Positions 39,781 to 50,337 of a stretch of DNA of 64,000 nt are shown here, piece by piece; position 1 is the first letter of the stretch; each line of letters opens with the position of its first letter. Made by a program: the position numbers and the translations under genes. Below the pieces are notes generated by a model, which ran no database searches, was not told the origin of the DNA, and saw only the letters and a program-made list of their open reading frames with translations. This DNA is from Trueperaceae bacterium. GTDB lineage: Bacteria; Deinococcota; Deinococci; Deinococcales; Trueperaceae. The DNA is taken from positions 4,160,001 through 4,224,000 of the forward strand of contig OZ243927.1 in assembly GCA_965213925.1 (NCBI GenBank), written 5' to 3'.

Positions 39781-40818
39781 ATGAACCGAAACAGCGAAAC
39801 AACCTACCAGCGGCGGCTACTCTACACCGTTTTAGTCGTCGGGCTTTTTGTCGGGCTTGTCCTCTTTGTCTGGCGTGTCGCCGACATCCTTTTGCTCCTC
39901 TTTGTCGGGCTCCTACTCGCCATCTTGCTGCGCACGCTCGCCCGCCCCCTTACGCGCCGCACGCCACTACCAGCGGCCGCGTCACTCGCAGCGGTGATTT
40001 TCTCGCTCGTCGCCCTCTTCGGCGCGGGCGGCTACTTTCTCGCGCCGCAACTCGCGAACCAGATTAGCGGACTCGTACAACAACTTCCCGAGGCGGTGAA
40101 CGAGGTGCAGCGCACAATCAACCAGTACGACTGGGCGGAGCCAGTCCTGAACCGCTTACAGTCCGTGCGGGAGGGAAGCAACTTTCTTTCGCGCATCACC
40201 GGCACCTTTTCCACCACGCTCAACGCGCTTACGCACACGATTTTCATCCTCTTCGTCGGCGTGTTTTTGGCGAGCAACCCCGCGCTCTACCGCGCCGGTT
40301 TCCTCAAGCTCGTTCCCCCGCAAAGGCGCGAACGCGCGGCGGAGGTGACGGATGAGGTCGTGCAGACGCTCCGCGAGTGGCTCTTGGGTCGCTTCGTCTC
40401 GATGGCGGTCATCGGCGTGGTAGCGACGGTCGGGCTGTGGCTCATCGGCGTGCCTTTAGCGCCTTCGCTCGGTATTCTGACCGGGCTTCTGGAATTCATT
40501 CCCGTCATCGGACCCTTCTTCGCCGCCGTGCCCGCGATTCTACTCGCCTTTACGAACGGGTACGGGCAGGTGCTCTGGGTCATCGGGCTCTTTATCGCCA
40601 TCGAGCAGTTGGAGGGCAACCTCTTGGTCCCCTTGGTTCAGCAGCGCACCGTCTCGCTCCCGCCCGCCGTGACGCTCACTTCGGTACTCATCTTCGGGGT
40701 GCTCTTCGGCTTTTTGGGTTTGCTCGTCGCGACGCCTCTCGCAGCCGTGATTCTGGTGCTGGTGAGAAGGCTTTATGTCGAGGATACGTTAGGAGACACA
40801 CCCGAAATAGAAGCGTGA
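39781..40818 (+). CDS. AI-2E family transporter
   Basis: FIPVIGP, QLEGNLLVP, GLLVATPL. Confidence 0.92.
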   Translation: MNRNSETTYQRRLLYTVLVVGLFVGLVLFVWRVADILLLLFVGLLLAILLRTLARPLTRRTPLPAAASLAAVIFSLVALFGAGGYFLAPQLANQISGLVQQLPEAVNEVQRTINQYDWAEPVLNRLQSVREGSNFLSRITGTFSTTLNALTHTIFILFVGVFLASNPALYRAGFLKLVPPQRRERAAEVTDEVVQTLREWLLGRFVSMAVIGVVATVGLWLIGVPLAPSLGILTGLLEFIPVIGPFFAAVPAILLAFTNGYGQVLWVIGLFIAIEQLEGNLLVPLVQQRTVSLPPAVTLTSVLIFGVLFGFLGLLVATPLAAVILVLVRRLYVEDTLGDTPEIEA

Positions 40819-40835
40819 GCCTTACGCATATTCGT

Positions 40836-41438
40836 TCAGTCACGCACCCAATACCAAATACCTTGCGCGTCACGAACCGGTCCCCCCCAATTCCCTTCGC
40901 CGTAGCCGTGTGCGACGAGTGACCTCTTGACCGGGCTCGGCGCTCGCTCGGCGTGAACGCTGCCGGGAAAGGTCATGCGGACGCAAGTACACGCATAGCC
41001 CCGTTCGTGACCGGGGAAAAAAGCGACGGGCTCAAAGCCCACCGCCTGATAGAAGCGAAACCCTGCCGCGTTCTCCTGAGCGCAGAGCACGTAGCCGTTC
41101 GGCTCGAGCTGCGGGCGAACGTGAGCGACGAGCTTAGCGCCGATTCCTCTCCTGTGATGGTCAGGGTCTACGAACATCCAGGTGATTTCTTCGGCTCGCA
41201 CGCCGATGAACCCGACGACCTCTTCGCCGTCAGCAAGCGCAACGAAGATATCGCTCTCGAAAAACGCGCCGTCCTCGTTCACGGCCTGCACCATCTTCAA
41301 GCTGGGGTCGTTCTTGATGAATTCTTCAGGCATAAAGTGCTGAACCTCGAGCGGACGCGCCCCATCGTGAACGCGGCAGACACCCTCCCAATCGCTCTCT
41401 CGGTACGCGCGAATCCGTATTCCGTTCATACGTTCCAT
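40836..41438 (-). CDS. GNAT acetyltransferase
   Basis: VDPDHHRRGIG and N..GFRFY..GF. Confidence 0.8.
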   Translation of the reverse strand: MERMNGIRIRAYRESDWEGVCRVHDGARPLEVQHFMPEEFIKNDPSLKMVQAVNEDGAFFESDIFVALADGEEVVGFIGVRAEEITWMFVDPDHHRRGIGAKLVAHVRPQLEPNGYVLCAQENAAGFRFYQAVGFEPVAFFPGHERGYACTCVRMTFPGSVHAERAPSPVKRSLVAHGYGEGNWGGPVRDAQGIWYWVRD

Positions 41439-41459
41439 CCTAAACGTTCCAGCGACCCC

Positions 41460-41951
41460 CTACAGAAGCTTCGCCATGCTGTACTCGTGGACGTAGCGCC
41501 CGTTCACCTTGAGACTATTGCGCAGCAATCCTTCAACTACGAAATCCCGCTTGTGATAGAGCGCTAAGCCTGCGCGGTTGTGGGTCATGACGGTGAGTTC
41601 TAGGCGAGTGATATCACGCTCCTGCGCCCACACCTCCGCCTTCTCGAAGAGTGTCGTGCCGACGCCTCGAGCCGCGTAAGCTTGCAAAATCCCGATAACG
41701 ATGTAGGCGCAGTGGCGTTTGCGCCGAGGCTGATAGCCGCGACACGCAAGAAAACCGATGAGCGCTTCATCCTCCTCAGCTACGAAAATCGTTTCGTTCT
41801 CCCCCAAGCTCTCGAGTCTACTGCGCTGCTCCTCTACGTCTAAAGTGCGCTCGCCGGGCTCCAACATCATCAGCGTCGTCTCTTCATCCAACCTCTTACA
41901 GAGCGCTAGAAACGCCTCGGCGTCGTCCGGTTCAATACGCCGAATGGTCAC
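41460..41951 (-). CDS. GNAT acetyltransferase
   Basis: ARGVG, RLELTVMTHN, LY..F..EG. Confidence 0.88.
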   Translation of the reverse strand: MTIRRIEPDDAEAFLALCKRLDEETTLMMLEPGERTLDVEEQRSRLESLGENETIFVAEEDEALIGFLACRGYQPRRKRHCAYIVIGILQAYAARGVGTTLFEKAEVWAQERDITRLELTVMTHNRAGLALYHKRDFVVEGLLRNSLKVNGRYVHEYSMAKLL

Positions 41952-43249
41952 ACCCAGCCCTGTTCACGCGCGTAGCGCTGCAAGACCTCTTCCGCCTCGT
42001 CTCGGTTTCGCACGTCCCCTACCGCCTCCGCTTCTTGTACCAGGCGTACCGCCTCGCCAACCCTTGGACCCGGCTCGAGACCTAAAAGCGCCATCACGTC
42101 GCGCCCGTCTAAAAGAGGTCTGTCAGGCGCAGGTTCGGCGAGGATTTCTAAAACGCGCCCTAATGCTAAGCGGTACGCCTGCCGCCCTGCCGCCGACGCT
42201 CTGCGCCCCCGCGCCGCCTCGCGGTCGGCGATCATCAGCTTTAAGAGGTCGGGCAGCAGCTCGCGGCGGCGGTGGACGAACCTTCGCGCCTCCTTCTGAT
42301 TTTTGGGCAGCGGCAGCATGTGGTAGCGCACGAGCGCGCCCACGCGCTCGGCAAGCTCGCCCGGCTGACGCAAGCGGCGCAGCATCCTCTTGGCGATGTC
42401 GCTGCCGACCTTATCGTGCGCGTAGAAGGTCATGCGGTTCCTAAACTCGTCGTAGTCTCTCGTCGGCGGCTTGCCGATGTCGTGCAGGAGCGTCCCCCAG
42501 CGCAGCGCGAGGTCGGCGTCGGGGAAGCCGTTCAGAAGTTGATTAAGCGCCTCTATAGAATGGTCCAGCACGTCCAGGTGATGCAAGCTGCCCTGTTCGG
42601 TTCCTTCAGCGTCGGCGAGTTCGGGGAGGTAGACGTTCATAAGCCCCAGTTCGTGAAGCAGCTTGACGCCCCGCGCGGCGCGCGCGCTCGACATGAGCTG
42701 GTTTAACTCTTCGCCTACGCGCTCCCAGGCGGGAAGAGGTTCGCCTCCGGTGAGCTGCGCGGCGGCGTGTCGGCGAATCGCCGCCAGCGTCTCCCCTTCT
42801 AGCGCAAACCCTAACGTCGCCGTAAAGCGCACCCCGCGAAGTGGGCGCAAGGGGTCGCTGTAGAGGTTCTCCCGGCTCACCATCCTGAGCGTCTGCGCTC
42901 GCAAGTCTTCACGTCCGCCTGTCGGGTCGATGAGGTCGCCTGCTAAATCCAACGCTAGGGCGTTGACGGTGAAGTCTCGAGCCTCCAAATTCTCCTCGAT
43001 GTCACCCACCAGCGGCGCGTAGTCCCGCGTTTCACCCCCCGCCACAACCCGCCAATGCCCCCTCGCTTCGTCCAACACGAAGGCGCTGCCACCAAGCGCA
43101 TCCCCCGCCTCTTTCGCGCTCCGCTCGGGGTTAGGGACGACCCAATCGAGGTCGTTCGTCTTTCGCCCCAAGAGCGTGTCGCGCACCGCGCCGCCGACCA
43201 AATAACCGCCCCCAGAATTCGGTGCGGGCAGTGGCGTAAACTGATGCAT
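41948..43249 (-). CDS. Class II tRNA nucleotidyltransferase with HD domain, probable CC-adding enzyme
   Basis: VGGAVRD, DLD, RDFTVNA with the flexible loop deleted, DPLR, LLHDIGK. Confidence 0.85.
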   Translation of the reverse strand: MHQFTPLPAPNSGGGYLVGGAVRDTLLGRKTNDLDWVVPNPERSAKEAGDALGGSAFVLDEARGHWRVVAGGETRDYAPLVGDIEENLEARDFTVNALALDLAGDLIDPTGGREDLRAQTLRMVSRENLYSDPLRPLRGVRFTATLGFALEGETLAAIRRHAAAQLTGGEPLPAWERVGEELNQLMSSARAARGVKLLHELGLMNVYLPELADAEGTEQGSLHHLDVLDHSIEALNQLLNGFPDADLALRWGTLLHDIGKPPTRDYDEFRNRMTFYAHDKVGSDIAKRMLRRLRQPGELAERVGALVRYHMLPLPKNQKEARRFVHRRRELLPDLLKLMIADREAARGRRASAAGRQAYRLALGRVLEILAEPAPDRPLLDGRDVMALLGLEPGPRVGEAVRLVQEAEAVGDVRNRDEAEEVLQRYAREQGWV

Positions 43250-43318
43250 GTCCACTTTAGGGTCCGGCTCTGTTTTCGTTTTGAATAGCCTCGAGAAAAG
43301 CTTCATCAAGGTCATTAT

Positions 43319-43918
43319 ATGAAACCCAAGCGCACCGGGCTCACGGGCAACATCGGCTCGGGCAAGTCCACCGTCGCGCAGATGCTCGTAGAGAAAGGCG
43401 CGGCGCTCATCGACTCGGACGCACTCGCGAGAGAAGCGACCAAAGACCCGGATATTTTGCGAAGAATCGCGGACGCGCTAGGCGACGACCTCATCCGAGA
43501 GGGCGAACTCGACCGACCTAGGGCGGCGGAGCGCGTGTTCGGCGACAAGGAAGCGAGGGAGGCGCTGAACGGAATTATTCACCCGTGGGTGCGGCGTAAG
43601 AGCGAAGAACGCGCAGAAGAACTAGAGAGGCGAGCCTCTCCACCCGAAGTGATTTTACTGGACATTCCGCTGCTCTACGAAAACGGTTTAGAAGAGGGTC
43701 TGGACGCGGTCATCGTGGTGGACGCACCCTTGGAGACTCGTGTAGCGCGCGTGCAGGAGCGCAGCGGCTTGAGCGAGCAAGAGGTCAGGGCGAGAGACGA
43801 CGCGCAGATGCCGCTAGAAGAGAAGGTCGCGCGGGCGGACTATGTGGTGGATAACAGCGGAGATAAAGAGGCGCTCGAGCCGCAGCTCGAGCGCCTTTGG
43901 TCGCAACTCACCGCTTGA
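43319..43918 (+). CDS. coaE: Dephospho-CoA kinase
   Basis: GLTGNIGSGKST, IIHP, DIPLLYE. Confidence 0.95.
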   Translation: MKPKRTGLTGNIGSGKSTVAQMLVEKGAALIDSDALAREATKDPDILRRIADALGDDLIREGELDRPRAAERVFGDKEAREALNGIIHPWVRRKSEERAEELERRASPPEVILLDIPLLYENGLEEGLDAVIVVDAPLETRVARVQERSGLSEQEVRARDDAQMPLEEKVARADYVVDNSGDKEALEPQLERLWSQLTA

Positions 43919-44413
43919 TTAGGGGTGAATGTTGTAGCCAAAGCGCAGCTTTACGCCAAAGGCATTGGCTTCGCTCGAGCTGGACGAACCGCCCAATCCA
44001 CTTGCAATGTAGTAACCAGGGTTAAGCTCAGTGAAAAAGCTAAAGTGCGAGGTAAGACGGAGTTGAACACCGCCGACACCATAAAGATTCAATACCGTAC
44101 CGTTACCAGCAGCCAGTCCCGCTCCCACGCCAAGATAAAAAAGTGGACGTTTCGATAAGGGGAAGAGGAGGTCGCCGCTCAGCTCGAGCGAAGCAAAGTC
44201 GGTGCTAATCACCTCTCTAAATCCAAAGGGTCCGAATAGGTTGTAGTCACCTGCGTGGATTTCAGCCGCAATGGGAGGAAGAACGATGAGATCATTATAA
44301 AAATCCGCTGCTGGACCTAGCTCGAGTTTAAGACCCGTTCCAATAAACTCACTCGACTGCGCCGAAGCGCCACCCGAAACCATTAAAACGAAAAGTAAAA
44401 GAATCTGTTTCAT
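43919..44413 (-). CDS. Small outer-membrane beta-barrel-like protein (paralogue of 44766-45224)
   Basis: Signal peptide ASAQ; alternating amphipathic strands; shared HAGDY and LRFG.N motifs. Confidence 0.6.
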   Translation of the reverse strand: MKQILLLFVLMVSGGASAQSSEFIGTGLKLELGPAADFYNDLIVLPPIAAEIHAGDYNLFGPFGFREVISTDFASLELSGDLLFPLSKRPLFYLGVGAGLAAGNGTVLNLYGVGGVQLRLTSHFSFFTELNPGYYIASGLGGSSSSSEANAFGVKLRFGYNIHP

Positions 44414-44522
44414 CTGTCTCCTTAAAGGCTCCTTGAGCCCTGGGGAAACGTACCACGCGCATTTTTAAGCCTCCGCGCATTTTTGCACAAGAAAGCAAAA
44501 GGGTGCTCGGAGTTTCACTCAG

Positions 44523-44689
44523 TACACTGTTAGCTAAAAAATGAAGCATGTCATTCTGAACGCAACGAAGTGGAGTGAAAGAATCTCTGACCTTGCTGAC
44601 TCCTCTGACAGAGAACGAAAGGCGAGACCCTTACGCCTTCGGCTCAGGGTGACATCAGCAATAAGTAGCAAAACTTAATTAACGGTGTA
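44523..44689 (-). mobile_element. MITE-like repeat family A, copy 4
   Basis: CTCAG|TACACTGTTAG...TTAACGGTGTA|CTCAG. Confidence 0.88.
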
Positions 44690-44706
44690 CTCAGTTTTAT
44701 AAACGT

Positions 44707-44737
44707 AAAAGAGGGCTGAGACGCGCCCAGCCCTCTT
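44707..44737 (-). terminator. Rho-independent terminator
   Basis: AAAAGAGGGCTG-loop-CAGCCCTCTT. Confidence 0.7.
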
Positions 44738-44765
44738 CGGGTTATTGCGTGTAAGCCTAGTAAGC

Positions 44766-45224
44766 CTAAAGGTCGAAGTTCACCCCGAAGCGGAGCGCCG
44801 CGCCGAACTCGCTGTCGCCGTCACCGATGTAGATGCCGGGGGCAACTTCGGCGAAGATGGAGAGCTGGTCAGAAGCTAAGAAGTCAACCCCGCCCACACT
44901 GCGGATGTTAAAGAACGCGCCGTCACCGATATAAATTCCTAAGCCGCCGCCTACATATGGCGTCAGTTCAGCGTTGCTGGTCTGGAAGGGAAAAAGGGCG
45001 TCGCCTGCTAGCTTGATGTAAACGTCCGGGCTGAGCCCTAACCCTAACGTTCCTCTGCCGCCGAACGACCCGAATAGTCCGTAATCGCCTACGTGACCAT
45101 CTAAAGAAACGAACGTCGGACCGACAAACTCGAGTTCGATACTGCCCCCGGCGAAGAGGTCCGACTGAGCCGAGGCGCTGCTCAGCCCGATGACGACCAA
45201 CAGTACGATAAGAATACGCTTCAT
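44766..45224 (-). CDS. Small outer-membrane beta-barrel protein
   Basis: Signal peptide; LTPYVGGGLG; C-terminal LRFGVNFDL strand. Confidence 0.75.
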   Translation of the reverse strand: MKRILIVLLVVIGLSSASAQSDLFAGGSIELEFVGPTFVSLDGHVGDYGLFGSFGGRGTLGLGLSPDVYIKLAGDALFPFQTSNAELTPYVGGGLGIYIGDGAFFNIRSVGGVDFLASDQLSIFAEVAPGIYIGDGDSEFGAALRFGVNFDL

Positions 45225-45346
45225 AGTTCTCCTCCAAAGATGATGTGGACCCGAAAGTGTTGTGGATAGGGAGCCCGAAGGGAGTATAGCTTATTTCACA
45301 CGTAAGGTCATCTATCTCATGATGAGGGCTGCTGGGCGGCGTATTG

Positions 45347-45448
45347 TACAGAATTACATAGCTTACTTATCCTAACTGAGGGCGTCTGAGCTTACTATCA
45401 CAGATAGGCATGGCTTCGTTTGAAAGAACGAAGCCATGCAACCTCGTA
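45347..45448 (-). mobile_element. MITE-like repeat family B, copy 3
   Basis: Reverse complement reads TACGAGGTTGCATGG...TGTAATTCTGTA. Confidence 0.8.
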
Positions 45449-45514
45449 TTAGCAGCACGAAAAAAGGCTGAGGATAGCCCTCAGCCTCATCGGATTTTAC
45501 GTCCCGCTCGAGCC

Positions 45515-47239
45515 TTACTCCCAGTCCACCTCGGTCTCGCTGTACGAGGTGACGCCCTCCTCAGAGCGCTCGCTGTAGCTGACGCTGTCGCCGAGCCTCG
45601 AGGCGACGAAGCTGAGAAACTCCTCTAAAACGCTGCTCGCGTTCTCCACCTCGTCGAAGTTGAGACCCGACGCGCCGCCTAAACCGGCGGCAAGCTCCAA
45701 CTGAGACCCGATCTGCTGCGCCGAGCCTTCGAGCGTTGCCTGGGCGTCCGAGTAGGCGGCGCTACTGGCACCTTCTGGCACGACGCCGAAGTCGACGTCC
45801 AAGGGCTCCTCCGCCTCTAAAACGCTCCGCATGGCGTCCTCTGTCGTGGCGATGAGCGCGTAGCCGTCCGTGACGGCGTAGGAGAGGCTGACGCCGTCGG
45901 TGACGTCGTATTGCGTGACCTCCACGTCACCGATTTGCGCCGTGCTCGACGTTGCGCCGCCCGAGCCGCCCATCGGATCGCTAAAGGCGGCGATGGACCG
46001 GCTGAGACTTTCGAAGAGCACGGCTAAGCCCTCCTCAGCCTCACTTTCGTCGCTCGCCCGGATGAGGTAGACGGCTTCGCCCAAAAGGTTCTCGCTCGGC
46101 ACACCCGGCTCAGCGACCTCGCTCAAGCCCGTCGTCACGGTAACGACTTGTCCGTCTGACCAGTCGAAGAAGCTTTGACGCAAGTTGACGCCCGTGAAGG
46201 ATAAAAGGAGGCTGTCCAGATCGCCGCCCAACTCGGGCACGCTCGTCGCTAAGCTATTGAGGTAGTCGTACCAGCCGGAGAGGTCCGTGGCGCTGACGCT
46301 GTAGCCGAGCGCGTCCTCGGGGGCGAAACGTTGCGTGTCTAAGTCCGCCGCCTCGCCGCTCGTCAAGAGGTCGTACAGCCCGCTGTCGCCACCCGCCTCG
46401 TTCACCGCTTGAAAGCCCTCTGTGACGACGCCCTCGTCCGTGAGCCGCGCCACGCCGCCTGTCACGCCCGCCGTCTGAAACGCTGAGCTAAGCCTCGAGA
46501 TGAACTGGTCGAAACCGAGCCCTTGCGAGAAAGGTTGAGCGACGTCAGCGATGCCTGCGTAGTCTAAGTAGCCGTAGAACGTGCCGCCTGAGAGCGTGCC
46601 GAGCGTCTGCGCGTAGCCCTCGCTCTCCGCGAAGTTGGGCTCGCTCGCGCCGCCCAAGCGCCGCAGTACGCCGCGCAGCACCTCGGGGTTGGTCGAGATC
46701 ATCAAGAGGTCGTCGGCTTGCGCGTAGGCGACGACCTGGATGGGGTCGGCGTCGGGGGTGGGAAGTTGGTAGAAGGTGTAGTCACCTTCGGTGAAACTCT
46801 CGGGGTTCTCTTGAGCGTTGGCTTGCTCGAGCAGCGGACCGACCTGCTCCACCGCTTCGGGCGTAAGCTGCGTGACGAGCGTCGCCGCAGGTAGTGGGCT
46901 AAAGGACGAGGCGGATAGCGCGATCCACGCCTCTTGCCCCAGCACCTCTAAGCTGAGGAGCGCGCCCAGCTCGTCGGATTCCGCCATCTCGCCCATGCCG
47001 CCGGTCGCGCCCACGTCCTGCGACTCGAATAATGTCGTAAGCGCCTCGCCGACTTCCAAACGCTCGAATTCAGCCTGGAAGGGCTCCAACCGCTCTTCCG
47101 CTTCGCTGAGCCCCTGCATCCCGAGCGCGAAGATGGTGTCTTCGGGCAACAGCTCGGCTAAGTCTTGCGCGGCGGCGAAGCTGCCAAAAACAAGCCCCAA
47201 GGTGAGTGAGAGTAGAATGGTGAATTTTCGTAATGCCAT
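45515..47239 (-). CDS. Exported acidic protein (DUF3352-like)
   Basis: Signal peptide AAAQ; LAELLPEDT start with an internal duplicated pattern (RFAPEDA). Confidence 0.6.
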   Translation of the reverse strand: MALRKFTILLSLTLGLVFGSFAAAQDLAELLPEDTIFALGMQGLSEAEERLEPFQAEFERLEVGEALTTLFESQDVGATGGMGEMAESDELGALLSLEVLGQEAWIALSASSFSPLPAATLVTQLTPEAVEQVGPLLEQANAQENPESFTEGDYTFYQLPTPDADPIQVVAYAQADDLLMISTNPEVLRGVLRRLGGASEPNFAESEGYAQTLGTLSGGTFYGYLDYAGIADVAQPFSQGLGFDQFISRLSSAFQTAGVTGGVARLTDEGVVTEGFQAVNEAGGDSGLYDLLTSGEAADLDTQRFAPEDALGYSVSATDLSGWYDYLNSLATSVPELGGDLDSLLLSFTGVNLRQSFFDWSDGQVVTVTTGLSEVAEPGVPSENLLGEAVYLIRASDESEAEEGLAVLFESLSRSIAAFSDPMGGSGGATSSTAQIGDVEVTQYDVTDGVSLSYAVTDGYALIATTEDAMRSVLEAEEPLDVDFGVVPEGASSAAYSDAQATLEGSAQQIGSQLELAAGLGGASGLNFDEVENASSVLEEFLSFVASRLGDSVSYSERSEEGVTSYSETEVDWE

Positions 47240-47363
47240 GAACGCCTCCTGGTATCTACTATTTTGCATCTACTACCTTACAAAGAATACCGCCCCTCAC
47301 CAGTTTAGAGAGGGACGGTTTAGATTTAATGAAGCTGGCTAAAGGTAAGGTGGTCTCGAGCCT

Positions 47364-49355
47364 CTAGCCTAGAAGCCCTTGCGCTACTTTCGCGATGTTA
47401 TCGGGCGTGAAGCCGAGCTTCTCCATCACGACGTCGCCGTCTGCTGACGCGCCGAAGCGGTCTAGGGTCACGGTCGCGCCGTCCAAGCCGACGTACTTGT
47501 GCCAGCCGAGCGTCGCGCCCGCTTCGACTGCGACTCTCGCCCGCACCGACGAGGGCAAAATGGACTCGCGGTAAGACTCGTCTTGCGCGTCGAAGAGTTC
47601 GAAGCACGGCATACTCACCACGCGGACGTTCGCGCCTGACATCTGCTCTTTCGCCTCCAGGCACTTGTGCACCTCTGAGCCCGTCGCGATCAAGATGACG
47701 TCGGGCGAGCCGTCCGAATCCGAGATGATGTAGCCGCCTTTCTCAACGCTGCTTTTAGGCACGTCCAAGTTGGGCACATCTTGCCGCGTGAAAACCAGGG
47801 CTACGGGATGCTTGCTGCCCACCGCGTACGCCCACGCCTGCGCCGCTTCGTTGCCGTCAGCGGGACGAATCACGTTCATGTGAGGGATGGCCCTAAGCGC
47901 CATGAGTTGTGCAATCGGCTGGTGCGTCGGTCCGTCGCCGCCAAGTCCGATGGAATCGTGCGTGAAGACGTAGATGACGGGCTGCTCCATCAATGCCGCC
48001 AAGCGCAAGCTCGGGCGCAAGTAGTCCGAGAAGATGAGGAACGTGCCGACAAAAGGTTTGACACCGCCGTGCAGCGACATGCCGTTCGCCGCCGCCGCCA
48101 TCGCGTGCTCGCGCACCCCGAAGTAGATGTTGCGCCCCGCGTACTCACCGCGCTTGATAATCTCCGTATCGTCAATGTCGGTTTTAGTGGAGCCTGCAAG
48201 GTCCGCTGAGCCGCCCAAAAGCTGCGGTACGTGCTTCGCTAAAGCGTTCAGCGCCGCATTTGAGGCTTTGCGCGTCGCGGTCTCCTCGCCCGTCTCGAAT
48301 TTGGGGAGGTACTGCTCCAAGTCGTCTGGCAACTCGTCCGCCATGACCGCTTCGAACTGCTTGGCTAAGTCGGGAAACTCATTCTTGTAGTTCTCAAAGC
48401 GCTCCTGCCACTCCTGCTCGGCTTTTTCGCCCCGCTCGACCGCCTCCAAGTAGTGCTCCTTCACGTCGTCCGGTACGGTAAAAGGCTCCCAGTCGATCTT
48501 TAAGTTCTCTTTCGCCTCTTTTGCGCCCTCATCACCTAAGGGTGAACCGTGAACCTCGTGCGTATCCTCATTTGGCGCACCGAAACCAATAATCGAGCGC
48601 ACTGCGATGATGCTGGGCTTGCCCGTCTCGTCCTTGGCGTTTTGAACGGCTTCTTCAATCGCCGCGACATCGTTGCCGTCCGTCACGCGCTGGGTGTGCC
48701 AGCCGTACGCCTCGTAGCGCTTCATTACATCTTCGCTAAAGGAGACGTTCGAGTCTGCGTCCAGCGTGATTTCGTTCGCGTCATAAAGCACGATGAGTTT
48801 GCCCAAACCCAAGTGACCCGCTAAGGAGCCCGACTCCGCCGTGACCCCTTCCATGATGTCGCCATCCGAGGCGATCACGTAGGTGTAGTGGTCCACAATC
48901 TCGTGACCGGGGCGATTATAAATTGCCGCTAGGTGCGCCTCCGCGAGCGCCATCCCCGCCGCTGTTGCGAGACCTTGTCCGAGCGGTCCCGTCGTGGTCT
49001 CAACGCCTGGCGTCAGAAAGTGCTCGGGATGCCCCGGCGTCTTGCTCTCCCACTGGCGGTAGCCCTTGAGGTCCTCCATCGAGAGGTCGAAGCCCGTGAG
49101 GTGCAAGAGGCTGTACTGGAGCATCGAGCCGTGCCCGGCTGACTGAATATAGCGGTCCCGGTTTGCCCACTGCGGGTTTTTCGGGTTGAAGTTCATCGTC
49201 TCTTTGAACAATACGTAGCCCATCGGCGCTGCGCCCATCGGCATTCCGGGGTGCCCCGAGCCCGCTGCCTGCGTTGCGTCTATGGTGAGGGCGCGAATCG
49301 TATTGATGGCGCGTTGCTGAAGTTCGCTGACGTTTTTCTCTATCGTCTGTGGCAT
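47364..49355 (-). CDS. tkt: Transketolase
   Basis: [45 protein letters not shown]. Confidence 0.97.
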   Translation of the reverse strand: MPQTIEKNVSELQQRAINTIRALTIDATQAAGSGHPGMPMGAAPMGYVLFKETMNFNPKNPQWANRDRYIQSAGHGSMLQYSLLHLTGFDLSMEDLKGYRQWESKTPGHPEHFLTPGVETTTGPLGQGLATAAGMALAEAHLAAIYNRPGHEIVDHYTYVIASDGDIMEGVTAESGSLAGHLGLGKLIVLYDANEITLDADSNVSFSEDVMKRYEAYGWHTQRVTDGNDVAAIEEAVQNAKDETGKPSIIAVRSIIGFGAPNEDTHEVHGSPLGDEGAKEAKENLKIDWEPFTVPDDVKEHYLEAVERGEKAEQEWQERFENYKNEFPDLAKQFEAVMADELPDDLEQYLPKFETGEETATRKASNAALNALAKHVPQLLGGSADLAGSTKTDIDDTEIIKRGEYAGRNIYFGVREHAMAAAANGMSLHGGVKPFVGTFLIFSDYLRPSLRLAALMEQPVIYVFTHDSIGLGGDGPTHQPIAQLMALRAIPHMNVIRPADGNEAAQAWAYAVGSKHPVALVFTRQDVPNLDVPKSSVEKGGYIISDSDGSPDVILIATGSEVHKCLEAKEQMSGANVRVVSMPCFELFDAQDESYRESILPSSVRARVAVEAGATLGWHKYVGLDGATVTLDRFGASADGDVVMEKLGFTPDNIAKVAQGLLG

Positions 49356-49590
49356 GTTCTCCTCCTGTGAGATACTTTACGCTTTTCGAGCGGCGGTGTT
49401 TCGTCTCACCTTGTACTGACCCGATTTGTGAGCTAACCCCCTTATATGCTTACCTTAATCGCGGCTCGCCCCTCAGACGTTTCGTCAGCTTGCAAAGTGA
49501 CAGGAGTATCTGGGTGTCAAGGAAGATGGAGATGAAGCCTCGCGAAGCTCTGTCTAAAATAGTTAGTAGAACAGCGAACCTTCTACGCAA

Positions 49591-49735
49591 TACGGATTCC
49601 GGGTGAATCCACTACAAAATACATTCGTATTTTTCCGTTACTCACTTCGTGGAGCTGCGCGATCACCGGAATCCGTAGCTGTTTATACTCGCTACGCTCC
49701 GGTTAATTCCTAAAAGAATTAACCGGAATAGGGTA
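49591..49735 (+). mobile_element. MITE-like repeat family C with CAA flanking repeats
   Basis: CAA|TACGGATTCCG...CCGGAATAGGGTA|CAA. Confidence 0.8.
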
Positions 49736-49749
49736 CAACACCGGAGCCG

Positions 49750-50241
49750 CTAAACTTCTTCTAAAGGATGGCCCGTAAGGGGGCTTCTAGCGCCCTCCTT
49801 AAAGTCCTCGAGGAGTTCGGGAAAAACGTATACGACGCCGCCCGAGTCAGTAATCCAGATATCTGCTACCCCCTCTTTGATGAGCCCTTTGAGTACCTGA
49901 TGACTCTCAGCGACGCTTAGCTTCGTCGCTGCCGCCACCTCAGAAGCGCTCAGCCGCCCTTTCGCCGAACGAGCGAGCAACATGACATGTCCCTTAACTG
50001 ATGAAGACGGCCTAGGGTCGGGGTGCTCCTTTGCCGGAGGCTCATCGGCTAAAGCGCGTAGGGTGTAGCGCGTTACGAGTCCGCTAGCCCAAGCTGCTGC
50101 GACGAAGCCGAACAGATAAAGAACGCGAAGTTCGCCTTGCGTCAACGCTTTGGTGAGAAGCGCAAGTGCAAATACGGAGCTAAACAGCGCGGCGCTTAAC
50201 CCCGAGCCTGCTATCAGGGAGAGATAACTTTTTCTATCCAT
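49750..50241 (-). CDS. Two-TM protein with a C-terminal winged-helix-like domain
   Basis: GRLSASEVAAATKLS..ES..L..L...G......G.VVYVFP. Confidence 0.6.
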   Translation of the reverse strand: MDRKSYLSLIAGSGLSAALFSSVFALALLTKALTQGELRVLYLFGFVAAAWASGLVTRYTLRALADEPPAKEHPDPRPSSSVKGHVMLLARSAKGRLSASEVAAATKLSVAESHQVLKGLIKEGVADIWITDSGGVVYVFPELLEDFKEGARSPLTGHPLEEV

Positions 50242-50337
50242 AGATGTCCGAAATCCTATTCTCCAAACGTTAGCTCTAGCCTAAACTAACGTGAGAGATG
50301 GAGAGTCTAAAAAATTCTCTTTGGAAGGCTTAGGCGC

